In this document: piece after piece, positions 46,724 to 59,299 of the stretch | How positions within the stretch are numbered: the stretch's first letter is position 1 | How the letters are laid out: each line of letters starts with the position of its first letter | From: Epithemia pelagica | Lineage: Eukaryota > Protista > Bacillariophyta | DNA: 64,000 nt | Assembly: GCA_946965045.2 (NCBI GenBank) | Contig: OX337230.1 | Span: 2,170,001 to 2,234,000, forward strand | Reading direction: 5' to 3' | Notes under the pieces: generated by a model | The model's input: only the letters and a program-made list of their open reading frames with translations | The model's database searches: none | Told to the model about the DNA's origin: nothing | Position numbers and translations under genes: made by a program

Positions 46724-48682
46724 ATGTCAAACATTGGAGATATAAAAGTAATACAATCCTGGTCCACCATGGCGAACCAAATGCTGGCGGAGGTATTTCA
46801 GAACTCCCATCCAGATCTCGTCGGAATGGAGATATCACCAGCTACCGGTGAAAAAGAAAACGAGACACCTCCAGTAAACCTTGATTCGTCTACTAGCAAT
46901 CAATGTGATGGCGAAAACAATGCCTCGTCCTCCAAGCCATCAAGCTTTAAACAGGGCGCGCTGCCATCACGAAAATCGGTCGAATTCGCTGTGCTCCCAC
47001 CTACCAAACGGGTAAGACATGCAGCTGAATGGACAACAAAGCAAGCAGTTGAAGGTGAGTGTTACACTGATAAACCTACCGTGTTTAACTTCCTCGTAAA
47101 CAGTAAGCCCTCACGATTGGTCATTGATGTCTATAATTGTACAGCTGTTGCCACCGCAGTTGGCCCTGAAGACCGTCTACGAGCAATAGAGGGTGCACGT
47201 GAAACTTTTGGTCATGACCTACAATCCCTTCACGATGAAGAACTCAATTCAGGAGCCGATGCTATTCTTACAAAACATTTGGCTTTTGTGCTTTTGCCTC
47301 TCATCGACGCCACCCCTTCGTCCAATCAGCTGTCTGTGGAGGATTCGATCAATAATCTTGAAGACGTGACGCGAGAGTTAAGTCTCACATTGGAATCTTT
47401 GGAGTCGATATACAAGGCTTCTTCTGATGCTGTTGGGAGATCGTTCAAACGAGTGGGGAAAGAGCTAGTTAGACTAATAATGACCACTCTGATAAGAGAA
47501 CTCGGTAGACGAGTTGAAGAGAATCTCGTCTTTGAAGATCAGCGGGTCAAAAGTAAAGGCGACGACTGTGATTGCTCAAATGAGGGGAACATGGGGAGTG
47601 GTGACGATGATATTGACGGGGATGAACGAGTCGATAGAGCTTCAACCAACAACCGGGACTCTCGTTGCAAAACACCACCGGAACTGGTGAATGAAGGACC
47701 TCAAACCATTACAACCGACTTGGTTTCTCCTGAAGGAGACATTGTCATCCGACATTGCACACGAATATTGGGACATTTTGCGCGAGTGGGGAACGTCACC
47801 AAAACTCTCGCTCATTCTCCGGGGCTTCTGGGATTGTTGGTGAACTTGATCACGCTCTACCCATATGATCGAATTCCATTTGAGGCACGTCTGGCGGGGA
47901 TTTGGACGCTTGCCAATTTGGGGTGTAACGGTGAGAACATGCAGATGATGGTTGGGACGCCTGGGCTTATTGGTGGCCTTGTCAGAGTGTCTTGCCGTTG
48001 TGTTCACCCGGGTGACACTGTGGAGAGAACTGTGGAGATCTTGAGAGGACGGTCCATCGCTTCTCGCTGCATTCTCAATCTCTCGTGGGATTCCGAAAAC
48101 AAAGTCGTTCTTGGTACAAACGAGGCACTTGTTGACTTGTTGGCGGAATTGGCAGTTAACCGTCACTCTCCTATGGCCAAAAGCCGAACGGTTCGTGAGA
48201 TCTTGGTGGCAACTCGCCGCCATGCAGTGGGGGCTCTACGAAACTTGGCCGCAGCACCTCGTCGTTCCAAACTCGCGCTTGTTGCGCACAAAGATGGGCA
48301 CTTGCTGACCGTTTTAACGGACGCTGCCCTCAACGACCCCGACCAGTTCGTAACTGATCGTGCCTTGGCTGCGATCAGCAATCTCGCAATTCAGGACACT
48401 GCTCAGCAACTTGTCAAGCATCCTGCTCTCATCCTTGCTTTGAAGAACGTTCTCTTGTCGACCGAGGAGGAAGACAAATCGGCTCACGAGGAAGGGACTC
48501 CTAGGTCCCATGCATCCGCCACATTGTTGGTATTAGAAAGGAGTATTCGCCCTGAAATGCCGGCGTATCAAAACCTGCGAAATCTTCTTGATGCGCTAAA
48601 CCCGTCCATGTCAGATTCTGACGCAAAACTGGATGAATACAGTGGAGATCCCATGAAAGTCGAACAAATTACCGCTGTCTGA
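46724..48682 (+). CDS. Armadillo-repeat protein
   Basis: Repeated ..LANL/..LRNLA/..ISNLA helices in the C-terminal half; intact frame. Confidence 0.75.
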   Translation: MSNIGDIKVIQSWSTMANQMLAEVFQNSHPDLVGMEISPATGEKENETPPVNLDSSTSNQCDGENNASSSKPSSFKQGALPSRKSVEFAVLPPTKRVRHAAEWTTKQAVEGECYTDKPTVFNFLVNSKPSRLVIDVYNCTAVATAVGPEDRLRAIEGARETFGHDLQSLHDEELNSGADAILTKHLAFVLLPLIDATPSSNQLSVEDSINNLEDVTRELSLTLESLESIYKASSDAVGRSFKRVGKELVRLIMTTLIRELGRRVEENLVFEDQRVKSKGDDCDCSNEGNMGSGDDDIDGDERVDRASTNNRDSRCKTPPELVNEGPQTITTDLVSPEGDIVIRHCTRILGHFARVGNVTKTLAHSPGLLGLLVNLITLYPYDRIPFEARLAGIWTLANLGCNGENMQMMVGTPGLIGGLVRVSCRCVHPGDTVERTVEILRGRSIASRCILNLSWDSENKVVLGTNEALVDLLAELAVNRHSPMAKSRTVREILVATRRHAVGALRNLAAAPRRSKLALVAHKDGHLLTVLTDAALNDPDQFVTDRALAAISNLAIQDTAQQLVKHPALILALKNVLLSTEEEDKSAHEEGTPRSHASATLLVLERSIRPEMPAYQNLRNLLDALNPSMSDSDAKLDEYSGDPMKVEQITAV

Positions 48683-49834
48683 ACAGCCCGAAAATGTGAT
48701 CACGACCCCATACTCACACACCAAACTTGTAAAAAGGAGCTTGTAGAATGAACCACAGAGAGCTCCATTCGATGCCCACAGTGTACAGAAACCGAATAGA
48801 ACTATACAGGGCACAAGGGAAGAGACAGAGAGCGCATGAAATTAAGCATGCATGGCTTTCGAGAAGATACAAATAATAATACATGTACTAAAAGTGCTGT
48901 TAGATGACTACAGGCCTATGTTGACATACATATGAAGCATGGTATCATCGCGTGAAAAACTAACTTCATGTTGTTTACTTTGGACCCCTCTAGTAGTAGA
49001 CCAAAGAGTCGCAACAATCATCGGTTACCAGTACGTGAGTCAAGGATCTAGTTCGGAGTTCATCGTCTTTTGAATACACGCCCTTTCTAATCGATAGAAT
49101 TGGGGATTACCTGAAAAAGAAAACAGACAAAGATAATGCGAGTATGAGCTAGGGTAAAATACTTTCAAATGTACAAGGACTTAATTGCCTTTTGGGGATG
49201 CTTTCGCTTAAAGACCTTAGTGTCCATATGATGCCGCATATCCCATCAGTCGCATGCGCAAGTCATTGCCACGGTCCAAGAGCGGCTTTGATCTCGGCTC
49301 CCAACGAGCCAGTCTTTGCGTCAGAGAGACGACAAAGAGCTAGTCGATCTGTTCCCTGCTTGGCAAGCAGAAGAGTTGATTCAGGACATGAACTCATGAC
49401 AACAACAAGCGACGACTGCGAGACCTGCCAACATTCCTTTTCTCGCACGGTAGTATCAGACCCATCCGTCACTTGGGGAAATGGATCTTTTCGCACATGC
49501 TTCTTCACGTCCACAGGAGGGAGGAACGTAGTCATTTCTGAATTCTTACCTTTTCTCAATGAAGAGCGGAGATGGATGGGAATAGTGCGGAAACATGAAG
49601 AGCGGTTGATGGATGGGAATGGCGAAAAAGCATGTCATCTGTCATTTCCTGTCATGGTGCAATTGCGATCTATTCCTATCTAAACTTTTCTTACAACCAG
49701 TCAGGTACTTGAGTCCCGGAACCTCCACTCCCACCAGGCATTTTGGGCATTCCCAACGCCTTTGTAGACATTGCAGATCTATTATTGTCGTTCACTTCAG
49801 TCTCTACGAAACTCAAAACAATTGAGTCGAAACC

Positions 49835-50338
49835 ATGGATGGCGATCACATCATCAAGCTGACCAGTAAAGATGGGGATGCATATGAGGTACCTATCAAA
49901 GTTGCTAAAATGTCAAAATTGGTAGTAGAGACGTTGGGTGGAGACGACGCTTTTGATGACGATGATGACGACGAACAAGAAGCCACGGAAGTTCCCTTAC
50001 CGAATGTGTCATCACCAGTTTTGGAAAAAGTGATTGCCTACTGCAAACACTATCAAGAGGAAGAAATGACACCTATCCAGACTCCACTGAAATCGAGTAA
50101 ATTGGAAGAGTTGGTACAGCAATGGTATGCAGATTTCGTGAAGGTACCCAAGAATATGCTTTTTGATTTGGTTGCTGCCGCGAACTTTATGGATATCAAA
50201 CCATTACTGGATTTGACTTGTTTGGCCGTTTCGATCATGATCAAGGGCAAGTCGGCAGCGGAACTTCGAGAAATGTTCAATATCTCACCAGGGTTTTCTC
50301 CGGAAGACGAACCGGCTCACGCCGAAACCGCGGCATAA
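49835..50338 (+). CDS. SKP1: SKP1 (SCF ubiquitin-ligase adaptor)
   Basis: IKLTSKDG, VPLPNV...LEKVIAYCKH, LFDLVAAANFMDIKPLLDLTC...IKGKS..ELREMFNI. Confidence 0.96.
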   Translation: MDGDHIIKLTSKDGDAYEVPIKVAKMSKLVVETLGGDDAFDDDDDDEQEATEVPLPNVSSPVLEKVIAYCKHYQEEEMTPIQTPLKSSKLEELVQQWYADFVKVPKNMLFDLVAAANFMDIKPLLDLTCLAVSIMIKGKSAAELREMFNISPGFSPEDEPAHAETAA

Positions 50339-50654
50339 CAGGGCAGAGCACACAGGTTGTATCGATTGTGCGTGGGACTCTTACTTATAGATGAAATGAA
50401 AACTTATTAAAAATACCAGACAGGGTATCGTAATACTGGAGCCTTCTGAGTGACGACAGTAAGCGTAAGGCTCTGTATGAGTCATGCTCAACCCGCCCAA
50501 AGCGTGAGGTTTACCAAGCTGAACGACGAATTTTGTCCTGCAGTCGAACTATGACGGCAGTTGGTCCGTTCCAGCATGTTCATCGAGAAGGTGAACCTGC
50601 CTGGTGGTCTTTGTGTGACCTGTGAATGGAAATGAGTTCATGATGAAAAAGAAA

Positions 50655-51236
50655 TCATCGAGATCGGTACTTGACTTGATCTCGAGGAATAAGCTCCAAC
50701 TTTGGACGAAGTCGTCTATAAGTGGGATCCCACGGCGCTGGCTGTTCCCATTGCCTTGTTACTGGGTTCATCCAGGCTTGTACCAGATTCTTGCTTATCC
50801 TCCGGTTTGGAGGGAGATATTGACTGTTGGTGATTGCCTTGTCGTTGTCTGCACTCTCAAAATATCTCACCACAGTGCCAAAGACGAACATTCCAATCGC
50901 TCCATACATCAAATTTCTTGGCCGGAGAATACCCTGCAATGCTTCCTCAAAGCCGGAGCTTGCGTTGAAGTTGTGCACACGTGGGCCTCTTCTGAATGAA
51001 CTTGGAGGAGTGCTAATGGGACCATGCCCTCCTCGGAGATATACGTCATATGCCTCTCGTTTCGCTTTGTCGGTAAGAACACTCGCGGCATTGGAGATAA
51101 CTTGGAAGCGCTGGGTGTTTCCGACACCAGCGACATCGGGGTGAGTGGTTTTGGAAAGTTTCCGAAAGGCAGCTTTGATTTCATCAGTGGTCGCAGACCG
51201 TGAGACTCCCAGCGTTTCGTAGTGATTCTTCTCCAT
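50655..51236 (-). CDS. J-domain (DnaJ-family) protein with a hydrophobic segment
   Basis: NHYETLGV...IKAAFRKLSKTTHPD...AYD. Confidence 0.9.
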   Translation of the reverse strand: MEKNHYETLGVSRSATTDEIKAAFRKLSKTTHPDVAGVGNTQRFQVISNAASVLTDKAKREAYDVYLRGGHGPISTPPSSFRRGPRVHNFNASSGFEEALQGILRPRNLMYGAIGMFVFGTVVRYFESADNDKAITNSQYLPPNRRISKNLVQAWMNPVTRQWEQPAPWDPTYRRLRPKLELIPRDQVKYRSR

Positions 51237-52180
51237 CGCTGTGCCTGTCCACAGTCAACGCTGCGCTTTTCCCGTCCGTCTTCCAATTTGCTAAGCAGTT
51301 TCGACCGAGTTGTTCATTGTTCCCATGATGGGCTGAGGTCATCGCGAGCGAGAAACGTCGTTTTGCGTCCGTCAAAATGCAGAATTATATCAGTCATCAT
51401 GTCAGTCAATCCTTGTCTGTGAAAAATGCTTACGTACGTCGATTCTCCCCACATGCGACTGAAATGGCGTTAACAGACGGTTGGAAGTCTGTAACAGTTG
51501 GCTACGTGTGCTTTGGAAGCAACCGCTCGGAAGTGTATTGGTCTCTACTCGTAGTCCATCTTACGGACAGCTGTCACGACGGGAGGATACGGAGACAGGA
51601 CAGACGTCGCCACCGCCCTTTTACTCTTATGTGACAAACAGTTTGTATATTGCCCTTCTCGTCCCAACGGATGAACAAAATGAAGGCTATACTAAATGTC
51701 TACACTCCACATGGGGGTGATATTTTCTTGGTCGTCAGTCGGAGTCTCGAAATGATTTCCTATCGGTACCGAGTTACCGACTGTTGTGTGACCAATAACT
51801 TGTGTTTGTCTGTCAACATCTATTTTCGCTAAGTATTAATATGTGTCGTGTGGGGATTGGAACGACATCGCCGAAAATGGCATGGGACATTATCTAAATA
51901 AATGATTCAGGGCAGTTGTTTTTATACTACTCCGACAACAATCTGATTTAAGGGATCCACTCGCGCCATGCGCTCTGGAAACGACGACGTGCGCCATGCC
52001 TCAAGTCAAAAACTAGCTGTGTTGTCGCGCCCACACTTCGTTTCCAAACCCTGACGCGCAGGGTCTCCTCCGCCAACGAATAGTTGAATTGAAGAGCTTT
52101 CCCTTGAGAGAGAGGACACGTTCATCTTTTTGGAGTTGGGCGAGGTTGTGTGTAGGAGTGTTGTGTGTTGATCGGCCACA

Positions 52181-54037
52181 ATGGAGGAAAGCGGGGTGGG
52201 AAAAGGGAACCAGAGTAAGGATGGAAGCCTTGCTCGATCTCAGAGCAGCTTGGAGTTGCTATCCAATACAGCGTTGGGCGTTGCAAAAGAAGGGGGTAGT
52301 TCTGGCAACAAGAACCGCACCGAAGAACAGGAGGAATCCGTTTCGGCAGACTCGGGCGACACCACAGAATCTGCTAGAGTCACTCCGTCCATTTCACAGG
52401 GATCCATAGCGGCTGCTGCGGCTGTAGCGGATTCGATAAATGGCGGCGCAGTCAATAAAGGGTCATCTAGGGACTTACAGGAGCATACAAAACGAGCCGG
52501 AGACGGATCACACCCGGTTTCGCGGATTCCATCCATAAAGCATCCAGGAGCGATGGTGTTATCGCAAGGATATGTCCCAAATTCGCCCTACTTTTCGCAT
52601 CCTTCGGTTGTAGTAGGAAGTGATCCGACGGGTCTTCCCATTGATCACTACAGTGGATCTTCTTTCCAGGTGGGCCCGCCGCTACCTCAACCTCCGCCTT
52701 TGCAGCCAACTTTTCTTCCAGAGAGTTACTATGCTCATCCACATTATTACACTGCGGCGAGTGGAGGTCCTGCTCATCATCCGCCTCCCGCCAGTCTTAA
52801 AACACTTGCACCTCCACCAGCTATGCAACAAGCGCCCCCAACTCCTCCGTTTGCAAATGCTTCTTCCAAACGGGGTGGACTGAATGCAACAACACACGCC
52901 GCGTTCATTCCGCCGCGCTCTAGCTCTGTTCGCATGTCATCTGCGCCAATAGAAGGCAATCCCGCACAGCTTTCTCCAACACCAACTCAGTATCAGGCTG
53001 TTGGGCGTCATCCTAGCTACCCTGTGTCTCATCCAAGTCTTGGACATACACAGGCTTCAACTGGACATGTTGCAAGCCTAAGTGGAGCGAATGATCCACA
53101 CCACGCGGTTCGGCCTGCGGCGCCCCTTGATCCTTGTGAGAGTTTTCAGTCTGATTCCACGGGATCTTTAGTATCGGAACAGAAATTTTCACATGGCAGC
53201 CACAAGTTACTGCCAAAGAAAAATCGCACAACCGAGAAATCTTTGGAAAAACAAGGACGGCCATTGACAATCGCAACAAAAGTTTCGAAGGATTCCTTCA
53301 CCGAGCTATCGACAGAGAATCAGCTGTTACAGGAACGAAATGCGGAACTTCAGCAAGAGCTGGAAAAGCGTGATCAGGAAATTGCATTTTTACGGAAGGA
53401 AGTAAGAGACTTGGATTTGAAAGTGAAGGAACTACGTCAGTTCCCTTCCGGAAAGATATCTCAAATCCCAATGGCGTAAGTGATCCATAGGCAGAGGGTC
53501 TTGGTGTTGCCTTTTTAGTGCGGAGGGCTCATTTGTGGTTTCATTTTTTGTTTCAACAGTGACATGCTTGAGATTATGCAGATCTATGGATCTGAGGTGT
53601 CGGATACGGTAATGCCACCCCGTAAACAAAACATTCAAAAAGCCTCTGTGATTCGCCAGTTCCGGCGATGGAATCCAAATTTCTTAAAGTTTTTCTTTTT
53701 CAAGGACGGTAAATGGCACCCGAAATTGGGAAAGGAGGGAGAGCTTGCTCGAAGAATGACTACACGGAAGAAAGGGTTGAAGACAAAACCCTACATTGGT
53801 GAACCAGAAGAATTGTCTCCACAGCAACCAAATCGTTCTCAAGAAGAAAATAATAAACAAGGTGAATCGTCCGACAATGATGACGCGGATCCTTCCCTTT
53901 GGACAATCCATAATAACACTCATACATCTGACCACGCGTCGGCGCCGGCATCTCCATCCAGTATGTCTCTGTCACCCGGGGGGAATCGAAAACGCAAATT
54001 GGACGATGACAACAAGACGAACAACAAGAATGGATGA
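52181..54037 (+). CDS. Pro-rich coiled-coil protein with a basic C-terminal domain (possible nuclear regulator), 2 exons
   Basis: Intron 53476-53559 (GTAAG...CAG) joins IPMA|DMLE. Coiled coil LSTENQLLQERNAELQQELEKR; KRK NLS-like motif. Confidence 0.7.
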
Positions 54038-54342
54038 TGTCTTACAACATACACGCATTATTACAAGCATACACATACTACTAACATACATACACCAAGA
54101 ACGGGGATAAGACAAATACAAGAAGAAAGCAACCAACTGCGTGGAGAAATACGCTAAATGATCTGATCGGGGGAACACGCATGGGACAAGCAATTACCGA
54201 CTATAGACTGGATGAACCTACTAACATTAAAATAGATTTCACAATTTGACAACGGTTACTTCAGCGCCTGCTGTTCAACAATCTTGAGTACCGCAGTACT
54301 TTGGGCTTAGGGTAGATCTCCTAGGAGTAAACGGAAAACATG

Positions 54343-55812
54343 CTACACGAACGAATACAATGGAAAATATATGGCATGCGTCTTTTTGTTGGAAGGATCT
54401 TCGGCCATATCTAACAGCAACAAACACAATCCACCCATACCTTCAAAGAGGCTGTACGGTCGATCTGGAATGTATTCCAACTTGGCTCTATGCTGCACAG
54501 CAAAGTCAACAAAACACTGAGCCTTTGTTCGAAAGGAATCATCCAGTTCGGACAGGGCCAAGAGGGTGTAGGCGTTACCTGAAATACCATGACACAATCC
54601 TACGCCTTTGCGAAGTAATCCTCGAGGCCAAATCACGTTATTGGCAATTTCGCATGCCATGTCTCGATATTTGACGCATGTTGCTTGATCGTTTTGGAAA
54701 ATACGAGCTGCCTGGAGCAACAAAAGGACATGACCCACAGCACCGTGGCACCAATGCACCAAGCGGTCAGTCGCCGGGTAATTGTTCGGTTCCGGGATGC
54801 TGCTTTCTAGATTGCCAGACGGATGCAAAAATTTTGTGTTCAATCGATCAATTGTTTGCCGAACCAGCGAAAGTAGTGAATAGGACTGGTCCAATTGTTG
54901 GAGTTCTTTCGGGTTCAGGGACAGCAGTGTTTGTAGAATGCCAACCACTCCGTGAGCTGCACCCAAAAAGAATTTATCGCGCCAATGCCATAAAAGTGGA
55001 AGACCATATTGGGAATAATGCTTAGCCATGGCTATACCCTGCTCCACAATGGTCTCTGCCAACTCCAAGACAACGTCGGAACCCAACTGTGGATCGTTCA
55101 ATTCGGCTCGCAAAAATAAAATGGTCTGAATGGCACCTGCACGTCCATACAAAATCTCACAGGCAGAGGGTGACAGGGGAGCTGCCTCCAAATCGTGTGA
55201 AAGCCCACCACGTTGTTCTTCTCGTCGATTTTTGTGGAAACGACGTTGATCCAGTGCAGTTTGACTCGTCATTGAATGCAGCCACGAAATAAGATACTCT
55301 GCAGACTGGCGAGCTGCGTCCGGTCGATTCAAACTGTAGAGGAGAACTGCTTCCATGGCTTTTGCTCCAACGTAGGGTCCTTCCAGCAATGTAACACGTA
55401 CATGTCGCCTATTGAAGTGTGATTCATGGTGAAGGGCTGCTTTTTGCGCCAGAAGCAATACTTTTTCCAACTGAGTGTGGTGCATGTGCTCTTCATAGCC
55501 TTGACCGGGACCGTTCTCACGTTTTCGCTTGCGAGTCGCAAGCATCAATTTCCAGTCAAGGTAGACCAGGGGACCAAGGGGACCATGATACAGATTTCCC
55601 AAGGAATGAGGGTGACAATGAACATGACCTTCTTGACACCATTGCGTCAATTGCATCGCCATTTCGAAATTTCGTTCCAACGTCTTTGCCGAAAAGGGAT
55701 CAAGCGGCCTGTGTCTGTCATGTTCGTCACCGTCTCCTGTCTGAAGCATGTAAGGGTTAGGAAAGTAACGACTTGCGTCAATATCATTCTGGTGGCATTC
55801 TGAGTTCGACAT
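54343..55812 (-). CDS. LANCL: LanC-like protein
   Basis: GAAHG, WCHG, GLCHGISGN (Zn-binding Cys/Cys/His) and PYSLFEG. Confidence 0.9.
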   Translation of the reverse strand: MSNSECHQNDIDASRYFPNPYMLQTGDGDEHDRHRPLDPFSAKTLERNFEMAMQLTQWCQEGHVHCHPHSLGNLYHGPLGPLVYLDWKLMLATRKRKRENGPGQGYEEHMHHTQLEKVLLLAQKAALHHESHFNRRHVRVTLLEGPYVGAKAMEAVLLYSLNRPDAARQSAEYLISWLHSMTSQTALDQRRFHKNRREEQRGGLSHDLEAAPLSPSACEILYGRAGAIQTILFLRAELNDPQLGSDVVLELAETIVEQGIAMAKHYSQYGLPLLWHWRDKFFLGAAHGVVGILQTLLSLNPKELQQLDQSYSLLSLVRQTIDRLNTKFLHPSGNLESSIPEPNNYPATDRLVHWCHGAVGHVLLLLQAARIFQNDQATCVKYRDMACEIANNVIWPRGLLRKGVGLCHGISGNAYTLLALSELDDSFRTKAQCFVDFAVQHRAKLEYIPDRPYSLFEGMGGLCLLLLDMAEDPSNKKTHAIYFPLYSFV

Positions 55813-55997
55813 TGTCAATGCTTTGCTCTCAAAAGATTCTGGATTGTGGATGCAATCGCACGGGAATAAAAAGAAGCCCCAAACGCGAACTGTTCGCAAT
55901 TTCTACTCGGCCCCCCATTTTGTACCCCGGATTATGTTCTTTCAAAATGGGGGGGGTTGATGCCCTTGCCCCGTGACGCTCGACCGCAATTTGGACC

Positions 55998-57053
55998 ATG
56001 GCCGAACCGAATGAACTGGAAGCCTGGAGGGAGGTCCACAGCACCCTTTTAAAGGCATGTGAACTGGCACAAGACTCTCTGAATGCACAGAAGATGCAGT
56101 ATCGATTCTGGGTGGAAGAAATATGCGCCAATCTCACAGATGATGGACATTTAGCACCAACTTCCATTTGGACACAACCCAAGCGACCTAATTTGGGTCA
56201 CAAACGAAAACCACAAACAGTTGGAGCAGGCAACACTGGAAAACGAAAGAAAAAGAGCATGACCGAGACTAGCAGTGCTTTTATGGACTCAGGTCTAGCG
56301 GAAGCAGATACAGTGCATGATAAGGAACATCAGAAGAAACCCAAAAAAATCAGGATCAGTCTAAAACATTCGAAATCGGAAAAGCATCAATCAGCAAAAA
56401 CGAAAACGCAGAAGATTTCTGGAAATGAGATCGATATTCATCCAAACGAAGATTTAGAAGCTTCATCACCCGCCGCCTCATCGGCAACGGACCCAAGTCT
56501 CATGGTACCGAGATATCCTGGAATTGCTCTGGCGAAGGCACAACAACAAAAAGGTTCACCCTATGACGCAAATTCCCCTGCGCTTAATGGTACATCCAAT
56601 ATGGGACAGGCAACAGTCTCACAAGTACCGTTGCACCAAGCTGTTGGAGGAACGTCCTCTCCTCATCAACAAGCGGCACTCCAACTTGCCATGAATCCAC
56701 AACCACAAAATCCACTGCAAATGATGGTACGTAGAACAAACTGGTGATGATTTCTATTTAGCGGTTTTATGGACTCATGGATTCATCTTTGGGTATTATC
56801 TCACTGTTTTCAGGCGGCGATTGCCTTTGGCGCGAGCAGTGCCCAAGTCTCGGGATATTCGCCCACCGGAGTATCCCCATCCCCCGCCAGTGGTGGCAGT
56901 CTTTATGGTGCTCTGAACAACCAAGGTACATTGGCGAACTATCCTCCTCCATCGTTTGGTACACGTCGTACATCTGCCACCACTACCTATGGTTCCATTC
57001 AGGACGTGGTGGATGACGAAGAAGATGATGAAGAGGATGACAATCCTTTCTAA
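55998..57053 (+). CDS. Hypothetical low-complexity protein, 2 exons
   Basis: Intron 56727-56813 (GTACGT...TTTTCAG) keeps the frame; basic NLS-like clusters and an acidic tail. Confidence 0.6.
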
Positions 57054-57484
57054 CAAGTCTCGTGAAATTAAGCTGGATGCGACTGTCCTTGCTCATCTGA
57101 CTTTGTTGACCACCAAATCATGTCTTGAATTGGTCCGTGGTTGACCCACAATCTCATCGAACACGGAAAAAGGCTTTCCGACAGCTCGCATGGAACTGGA
57201 AGTAAAAAGGAACCAAAGCATAGAATTTGTTCGAGCCGATCGTGACGCTACTGTGATGTCCTTGACGACAATGGTAACATGAAACGTCGCCCAGAAACGA
57301 AAAAATGCGGTTTGTATTTTGATATACTAAGTGATTCTTTTACATATCTCATACGTAGCGGTCGAGCGCTCTAATATCTAGCTATCTTCTAACACGACAG
57401 TTTTGTGGACATGTAGACGTCTCTGCTTTCCTCCGTTTGCCTGCTTTGAAAACATGCAATACATGCAAAATGCATATCATTGTC

Positions 57485-58222
57485 TCACTCTTTCTTCTCT
57501 TCAAACGTTTCTTTCATAACAGGAAACGTACGCACGGCAGCGGCCGTCTCCTTAACTTCTTTGAACGGAGCAGTAAGCGTCAAGACACCATCCGCCAAGA
57601 AAGCTTTCAAATTCTCTGTATCAATCTTCTCATCCAGAGTAAAAAACCTCTTGAAGACGGACTTCGATGAACCCTTCTTCCTCTCGGCAAAAATGAACAA
57701 TTCATCTCCCGTGACCTTCACTTTCAAGTCTTCAAGTTTGACTCCAGGAAGGTCCATCTTGAAAAACGCGTCTCCCTCAACTTCGGCCGGTGGGTCGAAA
57801 GGGGACGCCGTCACTTCGAACGGTTCGGGAATTGGAAACTTGGGGATCGTCACGGTCAGGACTCCGTCGACCAGACTGGCCTTGACGCCTTCAGGCTTCA
57901 CTGACTTTTTGTCAAGAGAAAATTTTCGTTGAAACTTGCAGACAACCTTGTCTCCGGTCTTTCGAACGGCATCGATGGTGAGGGTGAAGTTGTCTTCAGT
58001 AATTGTGACATCCTGGTCCTTCACACCGGGTAAGTCCATGGTGAGAGAAAAGGAATCCTCGAGTTCAAACACTTGCACGTTGCGAATAACGTGGACAGGC
58101 GTTTTTTCGTCAACCTTGTCGTTGTCTTCGTTCTCATGGTTGTTGGGCGTCCTGTTCGATACCAGGAAGTACGAGCTCGGGAAGAGCGGGGAGAATTCGG
58201 TCGTGCTACGAATAAGAATCAT
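57485..58222 (-). CDS. HSP20: Small heat-shock protein with two alpha-crystallin domains
   Basis: Two copies of (M)DLPGVK..D..(I/V)...A.R/K...F.R.F.LD......A.L.DGVLT(V/L)T.P. Confidence 0.88.
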   Translation of the reverse strand: MILIRSTTEFSPLFPSSYFLVSNRTPNNHENEDNDKVDEKTPVHVIRNVQVFELEDSFSLTMDLPGVKDQDVTITEDNFTLTIDAVRKTGDKVVCKFQRKFSLDKKSVKPEGVKASLVDGVLTVTIPKFPIPEPFEVTASPFDPPAEVEGDAFFKMDLPGVKLEDLKVKVTGDELFIFAERKKGSSKSVFKRFFTLDEKIDTENLKAFLADGVLTLTAPFKEVKETAAAVRTFPVMKETFEEKKE

Positions 58223-59299
58223 GGTGCTGCTCAAAGGGCTTTGTGATTGCTTGTTTTTGTGTGTGTTCGGGTTACAGTTTTTGATGTGGTTTGAAATTAT
58301 GAGAACAGTCAAAACACAACATGAGAACATGTTTTCGATATGACTCCTCGATTTCGCTCTTCGAAGCTCGATTCACGGAGTCACGCAGAAAGCGAAGGAA
58401 TATGACTGTGATCACAATTGTACAAATGAGTCCCGTCCGAAAAAGAGTCATTTCGAATGTTCGATATCGTTGAATCCCGAACCTGAACCTCAGCTGACAC
58501 AAACACGACTGAGGTACCTGCCGTACAAGCTGGTTCACGTTGCGTAGTGCATGAGTATATTGGTGTAGAAGACTGTACCAAAAAAATCGTACATAAAATG
58601 CTATAGTGATTTTCCGCAGCACAGAGCACAGCACCCATGACAATGACAATGGGACGGCCGATGTTTGGGCAAATACGATGCCATTCATGGCCGCAAGCAC
58701 AAGAACTGCTGCAACTAATAGACGAAGTAGGTTAAATTTGTTTATATGGGCACAGCTAAGGAGATGGAGAATGATTGTCCACGATGCTCAGCAGTGGAAA
58801 TACGTTCACTCCTTGTGGAGACTGAACTACAGGTCGAAATGCGCGACACCCCTATGATTTCCTACTACTTTCATATCTACCCTATCGATTAGGTTGGGTG
58901 GTGCTTCGCATTTCCCCCGCGGATTGGCCATTGTCGCATGAAGCGGTCACTTGTGGTTATTGCATTTTGCATTTTACGATATGTGCGCGACAAAATGTGA
59001 GGAGCGTGAAAAAGTAACTGGTTCGAAACGCTGGGGTACTGTAGGCTAAAGTGTAGTATACAATTTCCCACTCTGAAAAACTCATGCACTTCGCAACGTG
59101 AACCAGCTTGTAGACCGTAGACTACCTATCCTTACTCTAGCTGTCGAAGCATGAGTAGCTCTCGCCATGTTTTCAAGGGACGGTTTTGTTGTCCGAGGAC
59201 GATTAACTTCTTTTATGAACTATGAACGTGATTGATTGAAGTATACTTCCTTTCTCCCTTTCCGCGCATCAAAATGAAACGACGACCACCAGCTAGCCT

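Noticed and set aside
49192-49683. Overlapping short ORFs upstream of SKP1
   Set aside because: No domain and no convincing splice model.
58454-58463. Heat-shock element cGAAtgTTCg upstream of HSP20
   Set aside because: Only two nGAAn units; too short to distinguish from chance.
59000-59045. tRNA-like GGTTCGAAAC T-loop
   Set aside because: No cloverleaf, D-arm or acceptor stem around it.
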